Under the pieces are notes generated by a model. That model was not told the DNA's origin. It saw nothing but the letters and a program-made list of their open reading frames with translations, and did not search any database. A stretch of 63,067 bases of DNA from Candidatus Woesearchaeota archaeon (GTDB taxonomy: Archaea; Nanobdellota; Nanobdellia; Pacearchaeales; GW2011-AR1), in assembly GCA_964647695.1 (NCBI GenBank), contig CAZYIS010000003.1, forward strand, positions 24,848 to 87,914. Direction: 5' to 3'. Position 1 is the stretch's first letter. Each line of letters opens with the position of its first letter. The position numbers and the translations under genes are program-made. This document shows positions 27,586-36,144 of the stretch, piece after piece.

Positions 27586-28337
27586 ACTCTGATCTTTCTA
27601 ATTTAACTGAACCACAAAAAACTCAAGTGATAATGCAATGGCAGAAACAGCAACATCTGACCCATGAAAGAGATATTGAATTAACTGCCCTGGGAGATAA
27701 ACTAAAAGACTTTGTTATTTATCATCAGGTTTGGAACCCAGCCATAACTTCCGCCCGATATCACGCATCCTATTTATTAATGAACAATGAAAGACTCTAT
27801 TCTGGTAAAAGAGTTCTTGACATGGGCTGCGGAACAGGATTAATGGGAGTAATAATGGGACTAAATGGCGCTAATTCAGTTACTTTTAGTGATATTTCGG
27901 AAACAGCCGTTGCAAATGCAAAAGAAAATGTTGAAAGATTCGACCTAAAAGGAAAATCCTACTTCAGCACAGGAGACCTATTCCAAAATTTGAATCTACC
28001 TGATGATATGTTTGATTTTATAGTTTTTAATCATCCTTTCTTTTCAGCTACTCCTTCAGAAAAAGGTGAAAAAGACCTAATAGCCCAAAGCATGCTTGCA
28101 GATAGAAAATTAATTGAAAGATTCTTAAAAAATGCGAAAGAAAGAATAGATGATAAATCAAGAATAATGATGCCTTTCTTTAGTTTAGCAGAAAATGATT
28201 CTAACTCTAATAGCCCATTGATATTGGGTGAAAAACTAGGCTACAATGTAGAACCTACCTTCTGTTTAGAATCTAATTTTGGATTACAGAAAGGAACCCA
28301 TACTATCTATGAATTAACATTGAGAGGTAAAAGATGA
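27582..28337 (+). CDS. operon gene 19: SAM-dependent methyltransferase, small-domain N-methyltransferase type
   Basis: Motif I VLDMGCGTGLMGV, FSDISETAV, motif IV IVFNHPFF (NPPY-class variant). 251 aa. Confidence 0.75.
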   Translation: MNSDLSNLTEPQKTQVIMQWQKQQHLTHERDIELTALGDKLKDFVIYHQVWNPAITSARYHASYLLMNNERLYSGKRVLDMGCGTGLMGVIMGLNGANSVTFSDISETAVANAKENVERFDLKGKSYFSTGDLFQNLNLPDDMFDFIVFNHPFFSATPSEKGEKDLIAQSMLADRKLIERFLKNAKERIDDKSRIMMPFFSLAENDSNSNSPLILGEKLGYNVEPTFCLESNFGLQKGTHTIYELTLRGKR

Positions 28338-28798
28338 CGCGTAAAATGGCCTTTGGAGAAAAAGTTTGGCTAAGAGAATCAAAAATTGCGAGAATGTTAG
28401 TTGATCAATTTGGAAGTAACTTTCCATGGTATATGCCCAATGGATTAACACCTCAAATAGGAATTCAAATAGCAGCAGATTATGCCCTACATACTGGAGA
28501 ATCATTTCTGAATATAAAAGAAGTAGAAGATAAAACAAAAGTAATTAAAGTATTTTCTAGGATGCCTGTCATTGATGACCTAGGTCATGCTGATGGTTTT
28601 GGAAATGAATTTGGAATGATTGCCTACACTCAACATGACAATCTCTGCTTGACAAGAAACAAACTAGATGAATATCTTAATAATCAAAATATCCGTTCAA
28701 GAAGATTACTTCATTTCGATAAAAATGACGAATTATTCTTTTGTAATGGTGTTAAAACCTATTATTCTGATTTATATCAATTATGGGGTAAAAAATGA
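28334..28798 (+). CDS. operon gene 20: hypothetical protein
   Basis: 154 aa with ATGA overlap. Confidence 0.6.
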   Translation: MTRKMAFGEKVWLRESKIARMLVDQFGSNFPWYMPNGLTPQIGIQIAADYALHTGESFLNIKEVEDKTKVIKVFSRMPVIDDLGHADGFGNEFGMIAYTQHDNLCLTRNKLDEYLNNQNIRSRRLLHFDKNDELFFCNGVKTYYSDLYQLWGKK

Positions 28799-29496
28799 AT
28801 CCTCTTCCTTCTCCCGAAACCTATGAAAGAGAATTGCAATTTATGCCCTATAAAGAATCATTAGACGCCGTAGCTAATATAGTTTATCATGAAGCACCAC
28901 AAAATGGAAGAGTTCTGGATTTAATGTGCGGACCAGGTTACTTAATTGGAAGATTAAGTAAGGCAAGAAGCGATTTATCATTTTTAGGAGTAGATATTGA
29001 TAGAAACTATATAGCCTATGCAAATTCGAAAGGATATCAGAATTCTAAATTTGTTGAAGCCGATGTTTTAACATCGAATGCAATACATAAATATGATACC
29101 GTTCTATGTACTGGAGCATTGCATCATATTCCCTATGAAAGACAAGAAGAAGTCGTTAAACATATGGCCAAGATTATAAAACCTGAAGGTTTAGCAATTG
29201 TTTCTGATTGCCATATTGATAAGTATTCAAATGAAAAAGGAAGAAAACTTGCAGCAGCAAAGCTAGGCTATGAATATTTAGCAGCAACAATTGCAAATGG
29301 TGCTCCAGATGATGTAATAAAAGCAACTGCAGATATTATTGCCAATGATGTCCTTATGGCCGAGTTCAAGACTTCAATAAGAGATAGATTAGATTTGGTA
29401 GAAAAATACTTTAAAGATGTTAGAGTAACAAAAACTTGGCCAAACAACAGAGTAGATTATGGGGACTACATTATAACTTTGAGAGGAGTAAAATGA
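28795..29496 (+). CDS. operon gene 21: class I SAM-dependent methyltransferase
   Basis: Motif I VLDLMCGPGYLIG, GVDIDRNYI, YDTVLCTGALHHI, IKPEGLAIV. 233 aa. Confidence 0.8.
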   Translation: MNPLPSPETYERELQFMPYKESLDAVANIVYHEAPQNGRVLDLMCGPGYLIGRLSKARSDLSFLGVDIDRNYIAYANSKGYQNSKFVEADVLTSNAIHKYDTVLCTGALHHIPYERQEEVVKHMAKIIKPEGLAIVSDCHIDKYSNEKGRKLAAAKLGYEYLAATIANGAPDDVIKATADIIANDVLMAEFKTSIRDRLDLVEKYFKDVRVTKTWPNNRVDYGDYIITLRGVK

Positions 29497-30209
29497 CACA
29501 ACAAAGATATTCTACCCATTTAACCCAAGATTATCCTCTTTTACTAAATGCATTTCCCCATAGCGAAGAAATGCATGCAGAAATAGGGAAAAGTTTAGAA
29601 AGATATTTTGGACCTAAATCAGGATTAATAGGTTTAGATATAGGCTCTGGTGGTGGAGAATCTACTAAATACATTATGGAATATTCTTCTCCAAGTATTA
29701 TTGATCTAGTTGATCCAGACAATATACAAATGACTAGACTTCTCACTGATTTAGGAGCTGTGGCTAAAAAAAGAGGAATATTACTAAGACCTCATGAAGA
29801 AGATATTTTTGACTTTATGCCCAAGGTTAAAGATAACAGTTATGATTTTATTGCTTCCGCCTGGACCATTCATAATTTTGAGAAGGATAAAAGAGAAAAA
29901 ATACTAAGAGAGGTATATAGAACTCTAACTCCTGGAGGAATATTTGTTAACATGGATAAATATGTTCCCGATGATGCTAAAGAAGAAGAAAGATTACATA
30001 GCCGACAAGTAAAAAGGTATCATTGCTTAGCAGAAATGGGCCGACCCGATTTAGAAATAAAAATGATTGCTCACGATGAAGAAGATAGAAAACCAGAATT
30101 AATGATGAAAGAAGGAGAATCCATAGTTCAATTGAAAAAAATAGGTTTCAGAGATGTACGATTAACAAAAAGAATGGAAAAAGAAGCAATAATTATTGCT
30201 ATAAAATAA
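29493..30209 (+). CDS. operon gene 22: class I SAM-dependent methyltransferase
   Basis: I place the start at the ATG at 29493 (ATGA overlap, GAGAGGAG upstream) rather than the in-frame TTG at 29436. Motif I GLDIGSGGGEST, FDFIASAWTIHNF, LTPGGIFVNMD. 238 aa. Confidence 0.8.
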   Translation: MTQQRYSTHLTQDYPLLLNAFPHSEEMHAEIGKSLERYFGPKSGLIGLDIGSGGGESTKYIMEYSSPSIIDLVDPDNIQMTRLLTDLGAVAKKRGILLRPHEEDIFDFMPKVKDNSYDFIASAWTIHNFEKDKREKILREVYRTLTPGGIFVNMDKYVPDDAKEEERLHSRQVKRYHCLAEMGRPDLEIKMIAHDEEDRKPELMMKEGESIVQLKKIGFRDVRLTKRMEKEAIIIAIK

Positions 30210-30229
30210 GTCTAATGAGCAGCAACCAA

Positions 30230-30655
30230 TTATAACAATTTTCTTGAGTTTAATATGTGCCAAGTGGTACAAGTGACTCCAGATTTAGCACGAAGAATAT
30301 CTTTTAAAGGGATAAAATAAAAGGGCGCACCTAAAGGAGTGTGACCATGACTATCATTTCCAAAAGGATTATTCTCAAAGTCAATAAGATAAGCCCAATT
30401 CTTATGAATATGCTGATTCTTTACATATTCATGATGATGAAATGGTGTTTCATGTAATATAACTGGAGCAAAACCTATCTCTTCCAATACTTTCCTTTTC
30501 AGACCATCCAGATGAGTTTCACCACGAGCGATATTCCCTCCCGGAAGAGTTAATTTGCCCACAGCCTTACTTTTTTCAGATTCAAATAAAAATATGCCCT
30601 TATTTCTATCAAAATACAATCCCTTAACTCCATAAACTTCAGGTAAATTTTCCAT
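30230..30655 (-). CDS. Nudix hydrolase
   Basis: Nudix box GGNIARGETHLDGLKRKVLEEIGF (Gx5Ex7R-UxEExGU). 141 aa. Convergent with the end of the operon. Confidence 0.85.
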   Translation of the reverse strand: MENLPEVYGVKGLYFDRNKGIFLFESEKSKAVGKLTLPGGNIARGETHLDGLKRKVLEEIGFAPVILHETPFHHHEYVKNQHIHKNWAYLIDFENNPFGNDSHGHTPLGAPFYFIPLKDILRAKSGVTCTTWHILNSRKLL

Positions 30656-30743
30656 ATTTTTCTCATCAAAGAGGGATTTTTAATTATTCCTATATTAAAT
30701 ATTAATAGGATAGTTTTATAATATTGAAAGTACTAGATTGCTT

Positions 30744-31523
30744 ATGGTGATAAAATTTGGTCCAGCAGGTCTAGGTCCAGTTAAATCTGCTCTGCAAGTA
30801 CTAGAACAATATGCTAAACTAGGTTTGAAAGCCTGTGAAATTGCTTTTACCTATTCTGTTTACATTAAACCTGAAGATGCTAAGATTATTGGTGCAAAAG
30901 CAAAAGAACTAGGCATTGATCTTTCCATCCATGCCCAATATTTTGTAAATCTCGCTTCCACTGAAAAAGCAAAACAAGAAGCCACAAAGAAAAGAATCCT
31001 TGACTGCTGTAAAATTGGAGAATTATTAGGAGTTAAAGTAGTAGTCTTCCATCCTGGTTATTACATTAACAAAGGAAAAACTGAAAAGGATAAACAAGAC
31101 ACTTACAACCTAATAAAGAAAGGAATAGAAGAGATAATGAAAGTTGTAAAAGCTAATGGATGGAAAATTCAAATCGCCCCCGAAACCATGGGAAAGGTTA
31201 ATGTCTTTGGTTCCATTGAAGAAATCTCCTCATTGGTAAAAGAAACCGGCTGTGCTTTCTGCATAGACTTTGCCCATATCCTTGCAAGAGATAAAAAAAT
31301 AGATTATGCTAAAGTAATCTCTCTTTTTCCAGGAAAAGAATGGCATGTGCACTTCTCAGGCATAGTCTATGGCGAACTAGGTGAAAAACATCACATTCCT
31401 ACCCCTACTGCGGGTTGGAAAGAATTACTAAAACATCTCCCAAAAGATAAAGAAATAAGAATTATCAATGAATCGCCAGAAATGGTTGAAGATGCTGTTA
31501 AAGGTTTAAAGTTATATAATTAA
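30744..31523 (+). CDS. nfo: endonuclease IV-family (xylose-isomerase-like TIM barrel) protein
   Basis: Motifs in order: IHAQYFVNLAS, VVFHPGYY, IAPETMGK, CIDFAHILA, VHFSG. I use the ATG at 30744 rather than the TTG at 30738. Confidence 0.65.
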   Translation: MVIKFGPAGLGPVKSALQVLEQYAKLGLKACEIAFTYSVYIKPEDAKIIGAKAKELGIDLSIHAQYFVNLASTEKAKQEATKKRILDCCKIGELLGVKVVVFHPGYYINKGKTEKDKQDTYNLIKKGIEEIMKVVKANGWKIQIAPETMGKVNVFGSIEEISSLVKETGCAFCIDFAHILARDKKIDYAKVISLFPGKEWHVHFSGIVYGELGEKHHIPTPTAGWKELLKHLPKDKEIRIINESPEMVEDAVKGLKLYN

Positions 31524-31524
31524 A

Positions 31525-32061
31525 CTATTTTAAAATTACGTGGCCAACTCCCGTTAGCATTCTATTTATTTTTTTAGAATTCCAAAATGTATATTGTCCG
31601 CTTCCCTTTAGATATCTCTGCACATAACCATGTTCATGACCTATCATTCTCGATATATCGCCAGTACTTAATCCGCTTCTGATTCCACTGTCAATTTCAG
31701 GAATTCCATCCAGAGTTAAAGAATCCAATAGCTCAATTACCATAAATCCTCTAATATGTTTCTCTTTCCTAAACACATCTAGATAATCAAGTTTTTCAAT
31801 TGCTCCAAAAAATCCAAACGGTGTATAATTAAACTGTTTTCTAACCTGAAAAAGATATTTTGTACCTCTTAGTACTTCATTTAATGCATCCTTAAGACCT
31901 TGTTTTCTAATATCATTAAAATAATCTCCCGTAGAAGAATGAATGAATTTGCTAAATTCTGCTGAAGAACACTTCAAATCAAGTTTTTTAATAATTTCCT
32001 GTTCATGCATTCCAGATTTAATCAATTCTATTATCGATTCAAGGTGACCGAGGGTTTTCAT
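31525..32061 (-). CDS. minus-operon gene 8: HTH-containing hypothetical protein
   Basis: I place the start at the ATG at 32061 (MKTLGH...), 1 nt after the upstream stop. Two HTH-like segments (IIELIKSGMHEQEIIKKL; GLSTGDISRMIGHEHGYVQRYLK). 178 aa. Confidence 0.55.
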   Translation of the reverse strand: MKTLGHLESIIELIKSGMHEQEIIKKLDLKCSSAEFSKFIHSSTGDYFNDIRKQGLKDALNEVLRGTKYLFQVRKQFNYTPFGFFGAIEKLDYLDVFRKEKHIRGFMVIELLDSLTLDGIPEIDSGIRSGLSTGDISRMIGHEHGYVQRYLKGSGQYTFWNSKKINRMLTGVGHVILK

Positions 32062-32062
32062 T

Positions 32063-32464
32063 TTATTTTTTCTTTCTAAAAGGTTTAATTTTTTTATTTG
32101 GAGAAACATAGGAAGAATAGGTGCATACTTCATGAATAGACTCAAACATTTTCTTTGATTCAGCTTCAGAATAGCCTAAAAAGTTAAGATAGTCGGACAT
32201 TCTTTGGGCCGCAACTTCTGCACTACTATAGGGCGAATCTTTCTTTTTTATATTTCCTCTTATTCCTTGTCTTACCCAATAATAAGCATTTTCAAGTTCC
32301 GATCTAATGGTATTAGCTAATGTAGGTGATTGGACTCCCCAGCAGGATGAAAAAGTCGTTATGTTAGCTATATCTTTAATATTAATCATACTTTCCCTTC
32401 TAGCGCTAACTTCGCCAAGTATCTTCTCCAAATTAATAACTTTCGGATTAGTTTCATCTTCCAT
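32063..32464 (-). CDS. minus-operon gene 7: hypothetical protein
   Basis: 133 aa. Its C-terminal half resembles that of gene 3 of the same operon (QRMSDYLNFLGYSEAESKKMFESI vs RRLDDYLVITHASEADRVELYEKL). Confidence 0.55.
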   Translation of the reverse strand: MEDETNPKVINLEKILGEVSARRESMINIKDIANITTFSSCWGVQSPTLANTIRSELENAYYWVRQGIRGNIKKKDSPYSSAEVAAQRMSDYLNFLGYSEAESKKMFESIHEVCTYSSYVSPNKKIKPFRKKK

Positions 32465-32465
32465 A

Positions 32466-33176
32466 TTAATATCTCACCGAGCCACCATATTTAATTCCTT
32501 GTTTAGCCCAATAGTCCTCAGAATAATCTAACTCTCTTTTACTAGGGACTTGAACACTAGAAAAATTAGTCAAATAATTTACCATAGTTTTCAAAGGCTG
32601 AGAGACTGCAGAAAGGGGTGCAAAAAAGTTATATCCCCTAGATTGAATATGGTCTGGATCTGCCAAACATAAATGATTCCATCGAATATCTGCTAAACCC
32701 AGTTGAGTAACTTTATCCAGATCACATACCGAAGGAAATACATCTAATCCGAAAAACTCAGCAATGCCCTCATCTATTACCTTTGGAACAACTAAATTTC
32801 TTTGAACTATTACCTTAGATAAACCAATTATTTTTCCAACCCTGTTTGTTTTTTTGTAAAATGAGTCACCTAGTCCTGAAAGAGATTTGATAACTACTTC
32901 CTGCCTATTAGGAGATAAAACATCTCCAGATCTATGACCTAATTCATGTAAGACAAATCTATCTAAAGAAACACTTAAATCATGATTCCTTTTAGGATCA
33001 AAAGAGATTTTGCCGGGAGAGGTAGTCATAACCACATAATATCCGTGTCTCTGGGCCATATAATTAAAAGACTCTTCCACTACTTCTATTTCTTCTATAG
33101 GAATTCCAGTTCTTTGTATTATTTGTTCTCTGAAAGTGCCCACCCTATCTTCCACCAGGGCTTTTGTGAATTTCAT
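32466..33176 (-). CDS. minus-operon gene 6: putative zinc metallopeptidase (HExxH)
   Basis: FVLHELGHRSGD contains HExxH in a metallopeptidase-like context. 236 aa. ATGA overlap with the upstream gene. Confidence 0.5.
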   Translation of the reverse strand: MKFTKALVEDRVGTFREQIIQRTGIPIEEIEVVEESFNYMAQRHGYYVVMTTSPGKISFDPKRNHDLSVSLDRFVLHELGHRSGDVLSPNRQEVVIKSLSGLGDSFYKKTNRVGKIIGLSKVIVQRNLVVPKVIDEGIAEFFGLDVFPSVCDLDKVTQLGLADIRWNHLCLADPDHIQSRGYNFFAPLSAVSQPLKTMVNYLTNFSSVQVPSKRELDYSEDYWAKQGIKYGGSVRY

Positions 33177-34714
33177 TTTCCAACTCCTTCATAAGTTCCC
33201 ATAGTTATATGTGCCTTATATGAATTTAGCTGCCCAACCGTAAAAGAACCTGGCCAAGCTTCAACTATTTCCTTAGTAGGAATTCCAGAAGACAATAGAT
33301 CTAATGCATCTTCCTTCGTTAATTTTTCCAAACTAGATTCTTCGATTTCAACAGATCTATTATTTCCAGTATAAGTCCCCATAGTATAATGAGCTTTCCA
33401 TTGAGAAAGAGGTTTATTCTGCCAGCCTCTATAAATTTGTTGAATTTCTTCTACAGATTTACCTTTTTCAAATTCTTCAATTGCTCTACCCTTAGTCAAT
33501 ATAGGCTTTGATGAATTTCCTAAAAATGATCTGTTATCTATCTTTTGAGAAATTAATTTCAAAGATTCAGTTGGGCAAAACTTATTTGATGCACGAGAAT
33601 ATTGTCTTAAAGCAGAAACTAACTTAATTGGATTAGTTAAAGAACGAGTAATATCTTCTGAAGCCATGTCTAAATACTGAGGATATCTTAAAAACATGAT
33701 ATCTCCTATCATGGGAGCACCACTCTCAGAAATATAAGAATAACCTTCAAAGTCAACTAATTTAAAATAAGGTTTGTTTTTTACATAATCTGCAAGAGCC
33801 ATAGTTGCAACTAATGATTCTTTGGAACCCAAGCCCATATTTGACATCATTCCTTCTATATTAAGTGAAATTAAATATTCTACAAGTTTAGACATGGCTG
33901 GATTTCCTCCAGATAAATTTATTAAAGAACCAGTAACATCATTAGGATCTATTTTTACTTCTTTCTTCCAATCTTCTGAAGCAATTTTTTCTAAGTTGCG
34001 TATATTGAAAAGAAAATCATTGCCTGAACTAAATCTGAATAATTTATTTAAACTACCAATTGTAGTTCTTGAAAGTAATGCTCTTAAAACAGGAGTATAA
34101 CCTAATGATTTTATATCTTTTATTCCATCTCCTTCTAAAGCAGAATCGAATTCGCGCCTCATTTCCTGCATTTTTTCAAAACCTTTACGAATATGATGGG
34201 ATGGCTTAAACCCTGGATCGGAATCAAATTTATGCGCATCTCTAAATGAGTATCCAGTCATGTATACTCTTTCGGAATCACCATCCCTCCTTAATAAATT
34301 TGCATGATGTAATAAAAATTGGTTATTCTTTTGTTTATCAGATAACATCGCTAAAATATCCAATGTTTTAGTTGTAATTGGACCAATATAATCTAAACTT
34401 ATTACATCGAAGTTTATATCTTCAGATTTTGCATAATCGACTATATCTTGATTGACTACTTGAACTCCTAATCCTAATTTTCTTTGTGCTTCAGCACTTG
34501 CTCTGTCTCTCTCAATACTTACTATATTTTCAGGTTTTATTCCTCTAGGAAGATAAACTTGCTTAGCTTCAGCAAGATCTACACCTCCGAAGTGCAAAAC
34601 TTTAACATCTTTTGGTTTTCTAAAGGTCAATATGGTTTTATCCAACATTTTTCCAACCAAATCTCTAGATTTAGCTTTAGCCCAATCAGAATCATAATGT
34701 TTAACCAGTTCCAT
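33173..34714 (-). CDS. minus-operon gene 5: large protein with a Rossmann/methyltransferase-like N-terminal region and two C-terminal repeat modules
   Basis: I place the start at the ATG at 34714 (MELVKHYDSDW...), 1 nt after the upstream stop. The 575-aa track version overlaps the upstream gene. VKVLHFGGVDLAEA...IVSIERD...FDVISLDYIGP loosely resembles MTase motifs I/II/IV. The C-terminus carries two modules ending WKAHYTMGTYTG and YKAHITMGTYEG. 513 aa. Confidence 0.55.
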   Translation of the reverse strand: MELVKHYDSDWAKAKSRDLVGKMLDKTILTFRKPKDVKVLHFGGVDLAEAKQVYLPRGIKPENIVSIERDRASAEAQRKLGLGVQVVNQDIVDYAKSEDINFDVISLDYIGPITTKTLDILAMLSDKQKNNQFLLHHANLLRRDGDSERVYMTGYSFRDAHKFDSDPGFKPSHHIRKGFEKMQEMRREFDSALEGDGIKDIKSLGYTPVLRALLSRTTIGSLNKLFRFSSGNDFLFNIRNLEKIASEDWKKEVKIDPNDVTGSLINLSGGNPAMSKLVEYLISLNIEGMMSNMGLGSKESLVATMALADYVKNKPYFKLVDFEGYSYISESGAPMIGDIMFLRYPQYLDMASEDITRSLTNPIKLVSALRQYSRASNKFCPTESLKLISQKIDNRSFLGNSSKPILTKGRAIEEFEKGKSVEEIQQIYRGWQNKPLSQWKAHYTMGTYTGNNRSVEIEESSLEKLTKEDALDLLSSGIPTKEIVEAWPGSFTVGQLNSYKAHITMGTYEGVGK

Positions 34715-34715
34715 T

Positions 34716-35312
34716 TTACTTAAATCTCCGCAATTCTCTTTCCAATTGCAACATGGAACCAGAATAGGTGACTGCAGTCTTTCCAGGAACATAAGCATAC
34801 ACCAGCTCAACCAATTCAAACAAATCTTGTTCTTGAGTTTTAATATTCTTAACATAGCCCAGTAAAGGAAGAGAAGCCCAATTAACAACAGCTCCAGCAA
34901 TAGAAGCTCTATTTGAATCTTGATCTTTAATACTAGGTAATATTCTGTTTAATCTATCGGTTCTAACATCTATTTCTTCTATTAACTTGCCTAATCTTTT
35001 AGTTCTAGGTATCCTTCTTGATTCTGAATATCTTAATGAAAATCCTGAAATTATTTTATATTCTCTATTATCTTCCACCAAATCATCCTTAGAAACATGA
35101 GGAATCATAGTTGGTTCGATAAATCTAGGATCCTGCTGCAGACCAATAAAAGAAGAAACCTGAGTAAATTCATTAGTATAATCAGATAAATAATTAGCGA
35201 GAGTAGACTCATTCAAAGTTTCCAGTTTAGATAATTCAGAAGGTTTAATCCAATTGAATCTCTTTCTTTCTTCTCTCAATATTTTTCTAAAGTCGATCAT
35301 TTGTTCTACCAT
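34716..35312 (-). CDS. minus-operon gene 4: hypothetical protein
   Basis: 198 aa with no motif recognised. Confidence 0.55.
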   Translation of the reverse strand: MVEQMIDFRKILREERKRFNWIKPSELSKLETLNESTLANYLSDYTNEFTQVSSFIGLQQDPRFIEPTMIPHVSKDDLVEDNREYKIISGFSLRYSESRRIPRTKRLGKLIEEIDVRTDRLNRILPSIKDQDSNRASIAGAVVNWASLPLLGYVKNIKTQEQDLFELVELVYAYVPGKTAVTYSGSMLQLERELRRFK

Positions 35313-35686
35313 GCAAAATCTCCTAAACCTTCCATTGAGTCTAAACTCTGAACATATTTCAAAGGTTTAATATCCCCGAATAACCCACTCAATTTTTCAT
35401 ATAGTTCTACTCTATCGGCTTCTGAAGCATGGGTAATCACTAAGTAATCATCTAATCGTCTAACCAAAGTATCTCTACAATTCCTATGATTTTCCTCTGC
35501 TTTTGTTAGCCCTAGTTTTCCAAGAAAGTTATCTCGGATATATAGTCTAGCATTGGAATTTGAAGTACTCCATTTATGAGCACACTTTTCAGCTATAGTT
35601 CTCAGATCTAAACCAGAACTCTGAGTAATTTGCGTAAGCTGCAATACTATGCATTCCATTTTCCTAAATTCATAAGATGTGCTCAT
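35306..35686 (-). CDS. minus-operon gene 3: hypothetical (HTH-like) protein
   Basis: 126 aa with ATGA overlap with the upstream gene. Confidence 0.55.
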   Translation of the reverse strand: MSTSYEFRKMECIVLQLTQITQSSGLDLRTIAEKCAHKWSTSNSNARLYIRDNFLGKLGLTKAEENHRNCRDTLVRRLDDYLVITHASEADRVELYEKLSGLFGDIKPLKYVQSLDSMEGLGDFAW

Positions 35687-36144
35687 TTGCTCCCATCTCC
35701 AAAAGGATCTTTAACATCCAATTCCAACGAAACGTTTTCCAAATTTGAAAGAGCAATTCTAGTAAAATGAGAAAGAACACTTGCAACTTTAATAAAATAT
35801 GGTGCTTCTAGAACGTAAGTTGGTGCATTTGGATTAAACTCTAGGGAAGTATTAATTGATTCCCTGTTTTTATTTCTATACCTTACTTTTTTAGGAGTTG
35901 CTTCTACGACTAATCCTCTAGAAGTTCTCAGAACAATATTTCTTGGGCTATGACCATTTACCATATGATATGCAAATTCCCTATATGGATCACCCGAATC
36001 ATAGATTAAACCTTCACTCATTGTTTCTCTATAAAGAGGATTTATTTTCAATCCTTCCCTATTTCTGGCTATATCTTTATCTCTTAACTTTCTCTTTACT
36101 TCGCCTTTTCTTATTTCTAGTTCAGCATTGGATACTCTGCTCAT
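35683..36144 (-). CDS. minus-operon gene 2: hypothetical protein
   Basis: 153 aa with a basic N-terminus. ATGA overlap with the RHH gene. Confidence 0.55.
   Translation of the reverse strand: MSRVSNAELEIRKGEVKRKLRDKDIARNREGLKINPLYRETMSEGLIYDSGDPYREFAYHMVNGHSPRNIVLRTSRGLVVEATPKKVRYRNKNRESINTSLEFNPNAPTYVLEAPYFIKVASVLSHFTRIALSNLENVSLELDVKDPFGDGSK

Noticed and set aside
17117-30209. Reading the 22-gene operon as a prophage, virus or conjugative element
   Set aside because: I recognised no capsid, terminase, portal, integrase, replication or ATPase genes and no flanking direct repeats or tRNA. The composition looks like the flanks. This rejection is provisional, because all orphans are unassigned.
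33173-34900. 575-aa version of the large minus-operon protein, and the 206-aa version of 31525-32145
   Set aside because: The N-terminal extensions overlap the preceding genes by about 185 and 83 nt and translate to hydrophobic junk. Internal ATGs at 34714 and 32061 lie 1 nt after the upstream stops, which fits the tight packing of the operon.
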